Below, one piece after another: positions 36,996 to 45,400 of a stretch of DNA of 64,000 bases. Source of the stretch: an uncultured Thermoplasmata archaeon (GTDB lineage Archaea; Thermoplasmatota; Thermoplasmata; UBA10834); the NCBI GenBank assembly GCA_963748615.1, contig CAVVJQ010000003.1:194258-258257 (forward strand), written 5' to 3'. Every line of letters starts with the position of its first letter. Position 1 is the stretch's first letter. The notes beneath the pieces were generated by a model. That model was given only the letters and a program-made list of their open reading frames with translations, did no database searches and was not told the origin of the DNA. The position numbers and the translations under genes are program-made.

Positions 36996-38588
36996 TCAGA
37001 CTCGCTTGCCCAGCAGTTCGTTTATGACGTATTGATATGTGTCCTGTGGATTGAGCATCTTCCTGAAGTATCTATAATCATCGGAGTCCAACTCGCCAAG
37101 GAGATATGCGACTGACCCGTAGCTTATGATCCCGATGATTGCAAGGAATATCAGTGATATCCAGTCGATCGATGGCACCACCAACCATCTGACGACATAC
37201 ATGGACGCAACCATGGCGATCGCGCTCAGCAAGTGTCTGAATGACCGCGAGTTCGGGAGTATCCTGCCTATCCGCCACGCCATGTATCTGAGGATGAAGA
37301 AATAGAATATGGATGTCGCTAGCAATGCGAGTCCGGCCCCAGTGCCTTTCAATCCCAGCATGGGTATTCCCAGGAACGTCTTCGGGACCAGTATGATCAT
37401 CAGTGTCAGCTGCACAATCAGTCCGCTGATCCCGACCATGAAGAGAGTGACAGGTTTCCCCACTCCTGCAATGACTGACCGGAGCGGAAGGACCAACGCG
37501 AGAACTGCGCCGGCGAGAACAAGGATGTTCATAGTGGTGATCGCTGATGAGAATTCCTCGGTCAGGAAGATCCTCAGGATATCGGATCCGAAAACCAGGT
37601 AGAAAGCAGCGGTAGGGATGACAACCAAGGACACATACCTCTCGGCCTGGTTGACCACATCCCAGCTCGCTCCGACATCGTCCTTAATGAAATATGTAGT
37701 GACGGATGGGAGGATGAGTGTAGCTACGGATAACGAAAAGACGCCGACGAAGACAGCCATCCTCTGCACGCCGAAATAGAGTCCCAGCTCCGCTTCCCCC
37801 CAGAAATAGCCGACAATCCATTTATCGAGATACAAGTCCAGTATAATCGTCATCGAAACCACGAAAACCGGTACGAGCGAACGGATGTAGCTCATCATCA
37901 TCATCCGGTCCGGAATCGAAATGGGATAGCGACGCATGAGCAATGCCACAAGCAGGACAGAGGTGATCATTCCGGCGGCGTACGCTGCGGACAGAAGGGC
38001 GGGGCCATTATAACCGCTGCCCATCACAGATGTGGCAACATAGATTACGAACACAACCCGCACGATGAGCTCCAATATGGCGGGTACCTGCACCTTCGCG
38101 CTCGCATCCAAAGCATCGAACGTGTGAGTCGCGATCTGACTGATCCCGAGAAGGACGTAATATACCAGGAAGACGTACATCGAATCTACGAGCTGGGTCA
38201 GGACATATGGGTCGGTTGGCATGCCCGCACCCATGTATCCTTCCTTCCACAGCTCTATCATGAAGAATGTCACGGACGCGAAGATCGCCAGTAGAGTTAG
38301 CCGTATCGCGGCATACGCTCCGATGCATTTTGCGACGTCGATTGAATGCTTGATGTGGGTCCTGTGCACCGAGCCCATTCCGAAGTCTGAAAGGAAGCTC
38401 AGGATGCCCACAGATGCCATCGCATAACCGAGTATGCCGAGGACGGAAGGCCCCATGTTCTTCGCTATGAACACGAGTGCCGTGGTTCCGAGTACTGCGC
38501 CCAGAACACTGTTCACGACCGAGAGGGCTGCCTTAGAACTCATTAGCCTATCAGGGGTGGCGGTAGTGCTGGCGCCCTCCTCTGGCAT
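36996..38588 (-). CDS. MOP-superfamily oligo/polysaccharide flippase (Wzx-like)
   Basis: 530 aa, about 14 TM helices, N-terminal VNSVLGAVLGTTALVFIAKNMGPSVLG typical of Polysacc_synt proteins. Confidence 0.7.
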   Translation of the reverse strand: MPEEGASTTATPDRLMSSKAALSVVNSVLGAVLGTTALVFIAKNMGPSVLGILGYAMASVGILSFLSDFGMGSVHRTHIKHSIDVAKCIGAYAAIRLTLLAIFASVTFFMIELWKEGYMGAGMPTDPYVLTQLVDSMYVFLVYYVLLGISQIATHTFDALDASAKVQVPAILELIVRVVFVIYVATSVMGSGYNGPALLSAAYAAGMITSVLLVALLMRRYPISIPDRMMMMSYIRSLVPVFVVSMTIILDLYLDKWIVGYFWGEAELGLYFGVQRMAVFVGVFSLSVATLILPSVTTYFIKDDVGASWDVVNQAERYVSLVVIPTAAFYLVFGSDILRIFLTEEFSSAITTMNILVLAGAVLALVLPLRSVIAGVGKPVTLFMVGISGLIVQLTLMIILVPKTFLGIPMLGLKGTGAGLALLATSIFYFFILRYMAWRIGRILPNSRSFRHLLSAIAMVASMYVVRWLVVPSIDWISLIFLAIIGIISYGSVAYLLGELDSDDYRYFRKMLNPQDTYQYVINELLGKRV

Positions 38589-38638
38589 GAATCCTAAAGA
38601 TATGGGTATCCATATAAATCTATGGAATTGTACCAGGT

Positions 38639-39763
38639 TCAGATGGATTCTGCGACCTGTTTCACTATCTCGAGCCCTTTCTCTATGTTCTCCTCAGAAT
38701 TCGCATATGAGAACCTAAGGTGACCCTCGCCCAGGGACCCGAAGGCGCTCCCTGGAGCGCATATGACCCCCTCCTTCAGGATCCTCATGGCGAAATCGTC
38801 CGATGCCAGATTCTGCGAGTATTTGGGGAACGCGTAGAACGCGCCTCCAATGGGAGTTGTGGAGAATGTCGGTATCTCCCTCAGTTTCCTCAGAGCGATA
38901 TCCCTCCTCCGCCTGAAGGTGCTCTGGAGCTGAGTCTTGAATCGTTCACCGTGCTTCAACCCCTCGAGCACCGCATATTGGGTAGGCGTTGATGGGCACG
39001 CGAGTGCGTAATATTGCACCTTCGAGAGCTGCTGGACTATCTCCTTGGATGTCGCTACATATCCGATCCTCCATCCCGTGGCGGCCAATGATTTCGAGAA
39101 CGAATCGATGATTATGGTATCGTCATGGAAACGAGCGAAGGACCAATGATCACCATCATAGATGAAATTGTGATACACTTCGTCCGAGAGGATATAGAGG
39201 TCGTGCTCAGCCGCTATGTCGCAAATCGCTTTCACGCATTCCTTCGGGAAGACCGACCCGGTCGGATTGGACGGGCTGTTGACGATTATCGCTTTGGTCC
39301 TGGGGGTCACGAGGGACTTCATCTCCTCTATGTCGGGCATGAAGGAGTTCTCATGCGTCAGTGAGTATTCCACTGGACGGCCCCCTGCAAGCGCAACGTC
39401 CGGACCGTAGACGATGAAACCCGGGTTGGGCACGAGGACCTCGTCACCCTCGTCAATGATCGTATCGCATGCGATCATCATACCCTCGGTCGCTCCCGCA
39501 GTGACGATTATGTTCTCAAATGTGACATCGTGCCTGAAGCGCTTGAGACTCTTCGCTATGGACTCACGCAGCTCCGTGATTCCAGCACTTGGCCCGTACT
39601 TGTTCCGGCCAGCGTCCAAAGCCATCTTGAACGCCTCAATCGCCTCAGGTGGGGGCTGGACGTCTGGCTCTCCAAGACCAAGGTTGATGGCGCCTGGTGG
39701 CGCTGACTCGAACAACTTCCTTATCCCGGACACCTTCAGCGATGCAACTCGCTTGGGAAACAT
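38639..39763 (-). CDS. class I/II PLP-dependent aminotransferase (AspC-like)
   Basis: MFPKRVASLKVSGIRKLF, LGLGEPD, NPSNPTG, SFSKSLAATGWRIGY (PLP lysine). ATG 39763 preferred over 39844. Confidence 0.85.
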   Translation of the reverse strand: MFPKRVASLKVSGIRKLFESAPPGAINLGLGEPDVQPPPEAIEAFKMALDAGRNKYGPSAGITELRESIAKSLKRFRHDVTFENIIVTAGATEGMMIACDTIIDEGDEVLVPNPGFIVYGPDVALAGGRPVEYSLTHENSFMPDIEEMKSLVTPRTKAIIVNSPSNPTGSVFPKECVKAICDIAAEHDLYILSDEVYHNFIYDGDHWSFARFHDDTIIIDSFSKSLAATGWRIGYVATSKEIVQQLSKVQYYALACPSTPTQYAVLEGLKHGERFKTQLQSTFRRRRDIALRKLREIPTFSTTPIGGAFYAFPKYSQNLASDDFAMRILKEGVICAPGSAFGSLGEGHLRFSYANSEENIEKGLEIVKQVAESI

Positions 39764-39992
39764 CGAAGAGGTTAATGTACAAATCCGCACATTAATAGTT
39801 CGGGGATACCAGCGCATAGGATATGACGTGATAGCAGGGAGCATGAGGCGAAATCAGAACCGCTCTAGACACGGGCATGCAAGAACGACTGGCCGAATCG
39901 AGCCACGATAACATTGAACTAGCGCCGATGCATTCCGGGTATTGCGAGATGAACAGACCGCATAGGTTCTCATCTTGCATGGGGGGAAAATC

Positions 39993-41315
39993 ATGATAGG
40001 TAGGGGGATAGCATTAGCCGTTGCCTTGTGTGGATTGTTATCAACAGCATTCATGGCAGGTGGTGTTCCTGCCCAGTTCGCATCGATTTCGATGGATGAT
40101 TCTCTGGCTAGCGTTCCTGATGATCAAGAATTGCAGGAGAGAGATTCTGAGAGATCATGGACCATCGGAATGTATTGGGCGGCCGATAACAACTTAGACA
40201 GCATGACTGAAACCTTCCTCGACATCTGGCTTGATAATATCTGGAACCGTGATGATGTCGCTCTGGCGATATTCATCGACAGGTTGGAGCTTCCAGCGAA
40301 CATAAGCACGGTCACCGAGGAAGGGTGGGTCGAAAGAGAATATCTTGGAGATGTGAACTCATCTAACCCACAGACACTATCAGACTTCATCGAGTTCTTC
40401 ATGACTGCGGAGTATCTCGAAGCTGAGCACTACATGCTCGTTGTTCAAGACCATGGCCTCGGCTACCTTGGCATCTGTGTCGATGAGGGTGAAGAGGGTA
40501 GACCATGGATGAGCATCGACGGACTCGGAAGAGCTTTGGATATGGCAACAGTTGCGACGAGCAAGAAACTCGATATAATCGACCTCGATGCATGCACGCT
40601 CGCAACGGTCGAAGTGGCCTACGAGCTCAGAAATAAGGCATCATACCTTGTTGCTTCTGAAATTGCAGTGCCATTCGACGGGCTCAACTATATTGCTCTC
40701 CTCGATGGGTTGTCGAAGGAACCAGACAAACTGCCGCTTGACCTCGCGTGCAAGATGGTAGACGATTACGAGGAGTGGTACTCTGCACCTCTGGGCACAT
40801 ATCCCACACTGTATCCGTACATGCAGGATTTCGCCACGCTTTCTGTGATGGACCTGAGTGAGATGGACGGCGTCGGGACCGCATTCGCGGCGCTCTCTGA
40901 AGAGCTTCTTCCGAAGGACGGGACATTGATCACACCATTCAATACTGCAGCCCAGCAGCATTTCGTCGCCATGTGGGAGAACAACATGGGCTGTGGATTC
41001 AACTCGGATATCCGTGGGATGTTCGGAGAACTCGCAGAGGTCCTCGCAGAGTCCCATCCGGTCGTTGCATCTCTGTGTGAGGACATCGTGAGCGCAGCAG
41101 ACGATGTGATCGTGAAGAACTGGGAGAGCTGGAGGACGAGGGATAGGCTGTCCGGGATGGCCGTATTCGTGCCACCGTCTATAGGCATATATGATGTGAA
41201 TTGGGACAGTCTCTATCGAGTATACGACACGCTGGGACTTGATTTCGTGACCGATAGCGGGTGGGACGAAATCATCCTGAAGTATTTCTGTACGATGAGA
41301 CAGCACGGGACATGA
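39993..41315 (+). CDS. secreted clostripain-like cysteine peptidase (family C11), paralog 2
   Basis: Signal-like MIGRGIALAVALCGLLSTAFMAGG; WTIGMYWAADNNLD, HYMLVVQDHGLGY (His), LDIIDLDACTLATVE (Cys). The track start is TTG 39975. Confidence 0.75.
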   Translation: MIGRGIALAVALCGLLSTAFMAGGVPAQFASISMDDSLASVPDDQELQERDSERSWTIGMYWAADNNLDSMTETFLDIWLDNIWNRDDVALAIFIDRLELPANISTVTEEGWVEREYLGDVNSSNPQTLSDFIEFFMTAEYLEAEHYMLVVQDHGLGYLGICVDEGEEGRPWMSIDGLGRALDMATVATSKKLDIIDLDACTLATVEVAYELRNKASYLVASEIAVPFDGLNYIALLDGLSKEPDKLPLDLACKMVDDYEEWYSAPLGTYPTLYPYMQDFATLSVMDLSEMDGVGTAFAALSEELLPKDGTLITPFNTAAQQHFVAMWENNMGCGFNSDIRGMFGELAEVLAESHPVVASLCEDIVSAADDVIVKNWESWRTRDRLSGMAVFVPPSIGIYDVNWDSLYRVYDTLGLDFVTDSGWDEIILKYFCTMRQHGT

Positions 41316-41392
41316 TGAGTTCGAGCAATATCTGGTGAACGGCCCAACTGGCCAGTGCCTTCAAATAACCTCAGGTCTATTGCGGAATTACA

Positions 41393-42910
41393 ATGCAAGG
41401 TCCATATCCGAAAAAGAAGCCTCTGAAGACATTTATTGGGACCTTTGAGCTCTTCGGACAGGAGATCGTCGAGCTATCACCATCGTTCTTCAAATCCTTC
41501 GGCAGATTGCCGAAACTGGTCCAGAGGTCGATCAAGCTCATACTTCCGTTCGTTGCGCTTTTGCTGATGACCATTCTGCCACTCCCGGTGGACCAGCAGA
41601 TACAGTATGCGCTCGCGATCTTCGTATGCATATCCATGCTGTGGACATTCGGAGCTCTTCCACTTCCGGTGACCGCTCTGCTAGTTCCAGTCCTGCTGAC
41701 TTTCTATGGCATATTCCACACGACAGAGGCTTTGGTGCCCTTTGCGGACCCAGTAGTCTATCTGCTCATGGGTGGACTCATACTGGCCGAGGCTTTCCGA
41801 AAGCATGGCGTGGATAGGAGACTAGCATACCTGATAGTCTCGAAATTTGGAGGAGAGATCAACAAGATACTCTTTTCGTTCATGCTCGTCGCGGCCTTCC
41901 TGTCCATGTGGATATCGAACACTGCGACCGTCGCGCTCCTCATTCCAGTCGTGCTCGGCCTTGCGTCAAAAGCAGGAGAGGAGAAGGGACGACTCTCAGT
42001 ACTCTTCCTGCTCGGCATAGGCATCGGATCTGCGATTGGAGGCATGGCAACCGTAACGGGATCGGCCCCCAACGCAGTCGCATCATCAATACTAGCAACC
42101 AAGTTGGCAGAGAGCGGTATGACATGGACTTTTGTCGATTGGATGAAGATCGGCCTACCGACGAGTATGGCTCTGTTGGTCATCGCGTGGCTGCTCCTCC
42201 AGAAGGTGTTTCCAATCAAGATCAAGTCATTGGATATATCATCTGTCAGCAAGGAGCTTAAGGAGATGGGGCGCCTGAGCGCAGGAGAGAAGAAGACTCT
42301 GGGCATCTTCCTGCCGACCGTCGCCCTGTGGATCGTGGGTGCGAATATAGGAGAGATGCTCGGATTCCCTGCGAGTTTTATGAGCGCCACTATAGTTGCG
42401 CTCGGGGCAGTGGTCATCCTATTCGCCACCAGGACCCTCGATTGGCAAGATGCGCGCACCATCTCATGGGACATATTCCTGATAATCGGTGCAGGCCTGG
42501 CATTGGGAGAGGGATTACAGGTATCTGGAGCAGCTGGTTGGATGGCCGAGCAGATAATCAGCGTGACTCATGGCTTCCACATAATCGTGATCATGCTGAT
42601 AATTGCAGGAGTATCTGTGGCACTGTCCAATTTCATGAGCAACACAGCCACCGCAGCAATCCTGGCACCAGTGCTTATCGGAATGTCCTCAGCGCTCGGC
42701 GTTGATCCGAAGCTGCTAGTTCTCGTATGCGGGTTATGCGTGTCCTTATCATTCATGACGCCAATCGGAACTCCGCCGTTCACTCTTGTGTTCTCAACTG
42801 GGATGGTATCGAGAAGAGACATAGCGATCGGAGGGGCGAGGGTGACGATCCCTGCGATATTGATAGTGGTTCTGATGGTGTACATATTCGTAAAGTTCGG
42901 AATAGTCTAG
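41393..42910 (+). CDS. DASS/SLC13-family anion (sulfate/di-tricarboxylate) symporter
   Basis: Duplicated SNTA hairpin motifs: SMWISNTATVALLIPV and NFMSNTATAAILAPV. Confidence 0.8.
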   Translation: MQGPYPKKKPLKTFIGTFELFGQEIVELSPSFFKSFGRLPKLVQRSIKLILPFVALLLMTILPLPVDQQIQYALAIFVCISMLWTFGALPLPVTALLVPVLLTFYGIFHTTEALVPFADPVVYLLMGGLILAEAFRKHGVDRRLAYLIVSKFGGEINKILFSFMLVAAFLSMWISNTATVALLIPVVLGLASKAGEEKGRLSVLFLLGIGIGSAIGGMATVTGSAPNAVASSILATKLAESGMTWTFVDWMKIGLPTSMALLVIAWLLLQKVFPIKIKSLDISSVSKELKEMGRLSAGEKKTLGIFLPTVALWIVGANIGEMLGFPASFMSATIVALGAVVILFATRTLDWQDARTISWDIFLIIGAGLALGEGLQVSGAAGWMAEQIISVTHGFHIIVIMLIIAGVSVALSNFMSNTATAAILAPVLIGMSSALGVDPKLLVLVCGLCVSLSFMTPIGTPPFTLVFSTGMVSRRDIAIGGARVTIPAILIVVLMVYIFVKFGIV

Positions 42911-42929
42911 GAGGACGGGTGGTTATTCG

Positions 42930-43271
42930 ATGAGAGTGTTGGTGATAGGTGCGGGGAAATTCGGCGTGCGAGTGATAAAGCAGTTGCGTAAGAATCCGAG
43001 ACTCGAAATAGTAGTGGCGGATCCGCATGAGACCCCGGAGGCGGTCGCGCAAGGACTCATACCCAGAGTTGACATCAGAACTCACGTGACTGCGATGAAC
43101 TTCGATGAGGTGGTTGAGAAGGTTCACCCAGATTTCGTAGTCCTCGCCAGGACGCTGCAAGATTGGGAGAAGACGGATACCCCCATGGGAACCCAGTATA
43201 TGATCGGCATGGAGAGGGAGCTTACGAAATCAGACGTCCCAGTCTTACCCATATCAGAAGATGCACTATGA
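42930..43271 (+). CDS. small Rossmann-fold (KTN/TrkA-N-like?) protein
   Basis: MRVLVIGAGKFGVRVIKQL..LEIVVADPH; 113 aa; starts 19 nt after the DASS transporter stop. Confidence 0.5.
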   Translation: MRVLVIGAGKFGVRVIKQLRKNPRLEIVVADPHETPEAVAQGLIPRVDIRTHVTAMNFDEVVEKVHPDFVVLARTLQDWEKTDTPMGTQYMIGMERELTKSDVPVLPISEDAL

Positions 43272-43320
43272 TCAATGGCACATCAATGCCCGATGATCGA
43301 CCCATCGAACGGTTCGCATG

Positions 43321-44205
43321 TCATATCACTCCGAGATGACCAATTGCCAGCAGTCCAGGCGGGAACGGATCAATGGTCCTCGACGATCGAGAGACTCGGA
43401 CAACTCCGTCGGTCATCAGCGAGAATCCTTCATCCGAGAAGATTTCTTTTGCCAGCTCGTTCGACGAGGATACCCCAACATCCGTTCTGCGGTCGGGCAA
43501 TCTCGCAATCGCATATCTGAGCATCGCACGAGCCGTCGTCTTATCGGGGTGATTCATGAACCATGGACCAATTGGATTCAGGTCGGAACCCGTCCTAGCA
43601 ACAAGCATCGAGGTCATTGAGCGCCCTACAATCCTCCCGACAGGATACTTCGGAGGATCTGTCCTCAGGGCATATCGGAAATCACTCTCAGGGTAACCCA
43701 TCATCCTCTTTTGGCATTCAGACACGGACAGGATCTCTTCAAGATTCAGCAACTTGAACTCATCGTTCGAGGAGGGAGCCACTACGTCATGCAGTCCGCC
43801 AGTCCCTGGATGTCTGCAGAAGAATGAGATCTCTTCGATCCTCCTGAATCCGAATTGCGTATAGAACTCCGCAGCGTCAGGCATTGCATGCAATTCCACA
43901 TTGTCCACACCCAGAGAATCTAGGTTCTGAAGAGCGTCGCGCATCATCCTTGCACCAATCTGCTTCTTCCTCCAACCCGCTTTCACTATGACATGGACTA
44001 TGAATGCAGTCTTCCCGAAATTGATCAGGGTGATAAGACCGACTAATTCACCGTCGCTCTCCGCAACGATGGAGTTCCTAGTATCGAGAGCAAATATCCT
44101 TCGAATCTCGTGGAACTCCCACCCCCAATTCTCCTTGTCAATTAATACGAAGACCTGTGCGAGATCGGTGTCGCGCATCAATCGAATAGACGGCTCCTCG
44201 GTCAT
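43321..44205 (-). CDS. GNAT N-acetyltransferase with C-terminal YitH-like extension
   Basis: IVHVIVKAGWRKKQIGARMMRDAL...ELHAMPDAAEFYTQFGFR. ATG 44205 (MTEEPSIRL) preferred over 44310. Confidence 0.75.
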   Translation of the reverse strand: MTEEPSIRLMRDTDLAQVFVLIDKENWGWEFHEIRRIFALDTRNSIVAESDGELVGLITLINFGKTAFIVHVIVKAGWRKKQIGARMMRDALQNLDSLGVDNVELHAMPDAAEFYTQFGFRRIEEISFFCRHPGTGGLHDVVAPSSNDEFKLLNLEEILSVSECQKRMMGYPESDFRYALRTDPPKYPVGRIVGRSMTSMLVARTGSDLNPIGPWFMNHPDKTTARAMLRYAIARLPDRRTDVGVSSSNELAKEIFSDEGFSLMTDGVVRVSRSSRTIDPFPPGLLAIGHLGVI

Positions 44206-44372
44206 GATCCCAACGCATGAAATGGACGATACACCTAATATATCCATGCTGACAGGCACGAGCATCGAAGATTTTGTCCATGGCAACCACATGAAGAGAA
44301 CCAGGGTCACTCTTATGCTGCTATGTGGTGAATTTGGGAAAAATCATAGCGCATCTGGCGAAGGAGAGAGGA

Positions 44373-45185
44373 TCAACGACCCTGAATCTGATCCGTCAAG
44401 AGCCTCTCTAAATCCACGCCATCGAGTTCACGGAGTATGTCTTCCGACCACGCAGATGCTTGCGCGAACTTCATCTTGAGATCGTCCATGTCCTTAATCT
44501 GTATGAGTCGCTCAAGCTCATCGGTCACATCTGCTGGTAGCTCATGGTAGATGTATCGCAACTTGAAATCGTGATGGAAAGCGTAATGCTTAATGCGAAG
44601 CAGTTCGAGCAGGAACTCATAGACAAGGACACGATACGCATCGAAGGCCTCGAGGAAGTTGCCCCTATTGATCTCCTTTGGGACGAATATGGTGAAAAGA
44701 TCGCGTTTCGCCTTCAGTCGATCCAACCTCGTTCTCAATCGACCGGCCATTGCTGACGTATCGACAATTCTTTGAGGTATCGAGCCACCCTTGTTGAAAT
44801 GGAAGACAGCCTTTCCATGTATCTCTGGTTCAAGGAACATGTCTGGAGCGCTCGTCGTCAATATGGCTAGATCTATCAGGAGATATTCGCTGGCGTTCTC
44901 TAGCCTATAGAACGCCTGGAACACTCCATCGTTGGGAGTCTTGCCTACATCGAACTTCTGTTTAATGGGCGAGAGGCGTTCTAAGGAGTGTTCCACGGCC
45001 ATGAACGATGCCCCAACACTCTCATCATCGACCACGACATACAGATCAATATCCGACCATTCATCCGCACGGCCAAATGCCACCGCGCCCCCTTCCCAGA
45101 CTGCACGGACATAGCCTAGAGGTTCAAGATCCCTGACTATTGCGTTCACAACCTGATGGTGGGTCAGAATACGTCCTTCGGACAT
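44373..45185 (-). CDS. nucleotidyltransferase-domain protein (KNTase/ANT/Lnu-like)
   Basis: EGGAVAFGRADEWSDIDLYVVVDD (G-x-D-x-D pol-beta NTase motif) followed by a helical C-domain. Confidence 0.7.
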   Translation of the reverse strand: MSEGRILTHHQVVNAIVRDLEPLGYVRAVWEGGAVAFGRADEWSDIDLYVVVDDESVGASFMAVEHSLERLSPIKQKFDVGKTPNDGVFQAFYRLENASEYLLIDLAILTTSAPDMFLEPEIHGKAVFHFNKGGSIPQRIVDTSAMAGRLRTRLDRLKAKRDLFTIFVPKEINRGNFLEAFDAYRVLVYEFLLELLRIKHYAFHHDFKLRYIYHELPADVTDELERLIQIKDMDDLKMKFAQASAWSEDILRELDGVDLERLLTDQIQGR

Positions 45186-45189
45186 CTAG

Positions 45190-45400
45190 GTCACAGACCA
45201 GGTATGAACGTTGGTCGTTGAAAAACCTGAGCATCAATCGTCTGATGGAATCAAGCATCAAATTGCAGGATAGGAATAATCGCTAATGCACCATGGGGTT
45301 CTGTCAATAATCGGGTGGTGGTCATGATGACCACCCCCTCGATGATCGACTCGTTCCATTCGGCTTTGACCGTGCGCCCATGAATGGGTCGCAGAGGGTC
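45190..45400 (-). ncRNA. predicted omega-RNA (reRNA) region of tnpB
   Basis: Inferred only from the known architecture, in which the omega RNA overlaps the tnpB 3' end and the right end of the element. The region holds a stable hairpin and direct GCATCAA repeats. Confidence 0.3.

Noticed and set aside
40641-41306. 221-aa minus-strand ORF (also 40766-41188 and 40684-40926)
   Set aside because: These are antisense or alternative frames of C11 paralog 2. The conserved paralogy with 54580-55893 supports the plus frame.
41312-41392. C/D-box sRNA candidates at ATGATGA sites (41312, 7877, 56571)
   Set aside because: C-box-like ATGATGA strings are present, but no correctly spaced D', C' or D (CTGA) boxes or terminal stem follow any of them.
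41758-42474. 238-aa minus-strand ORF
   Set aside because: It is antisense to the DASS symporter, whose duplicated SNTA motifs are clear.
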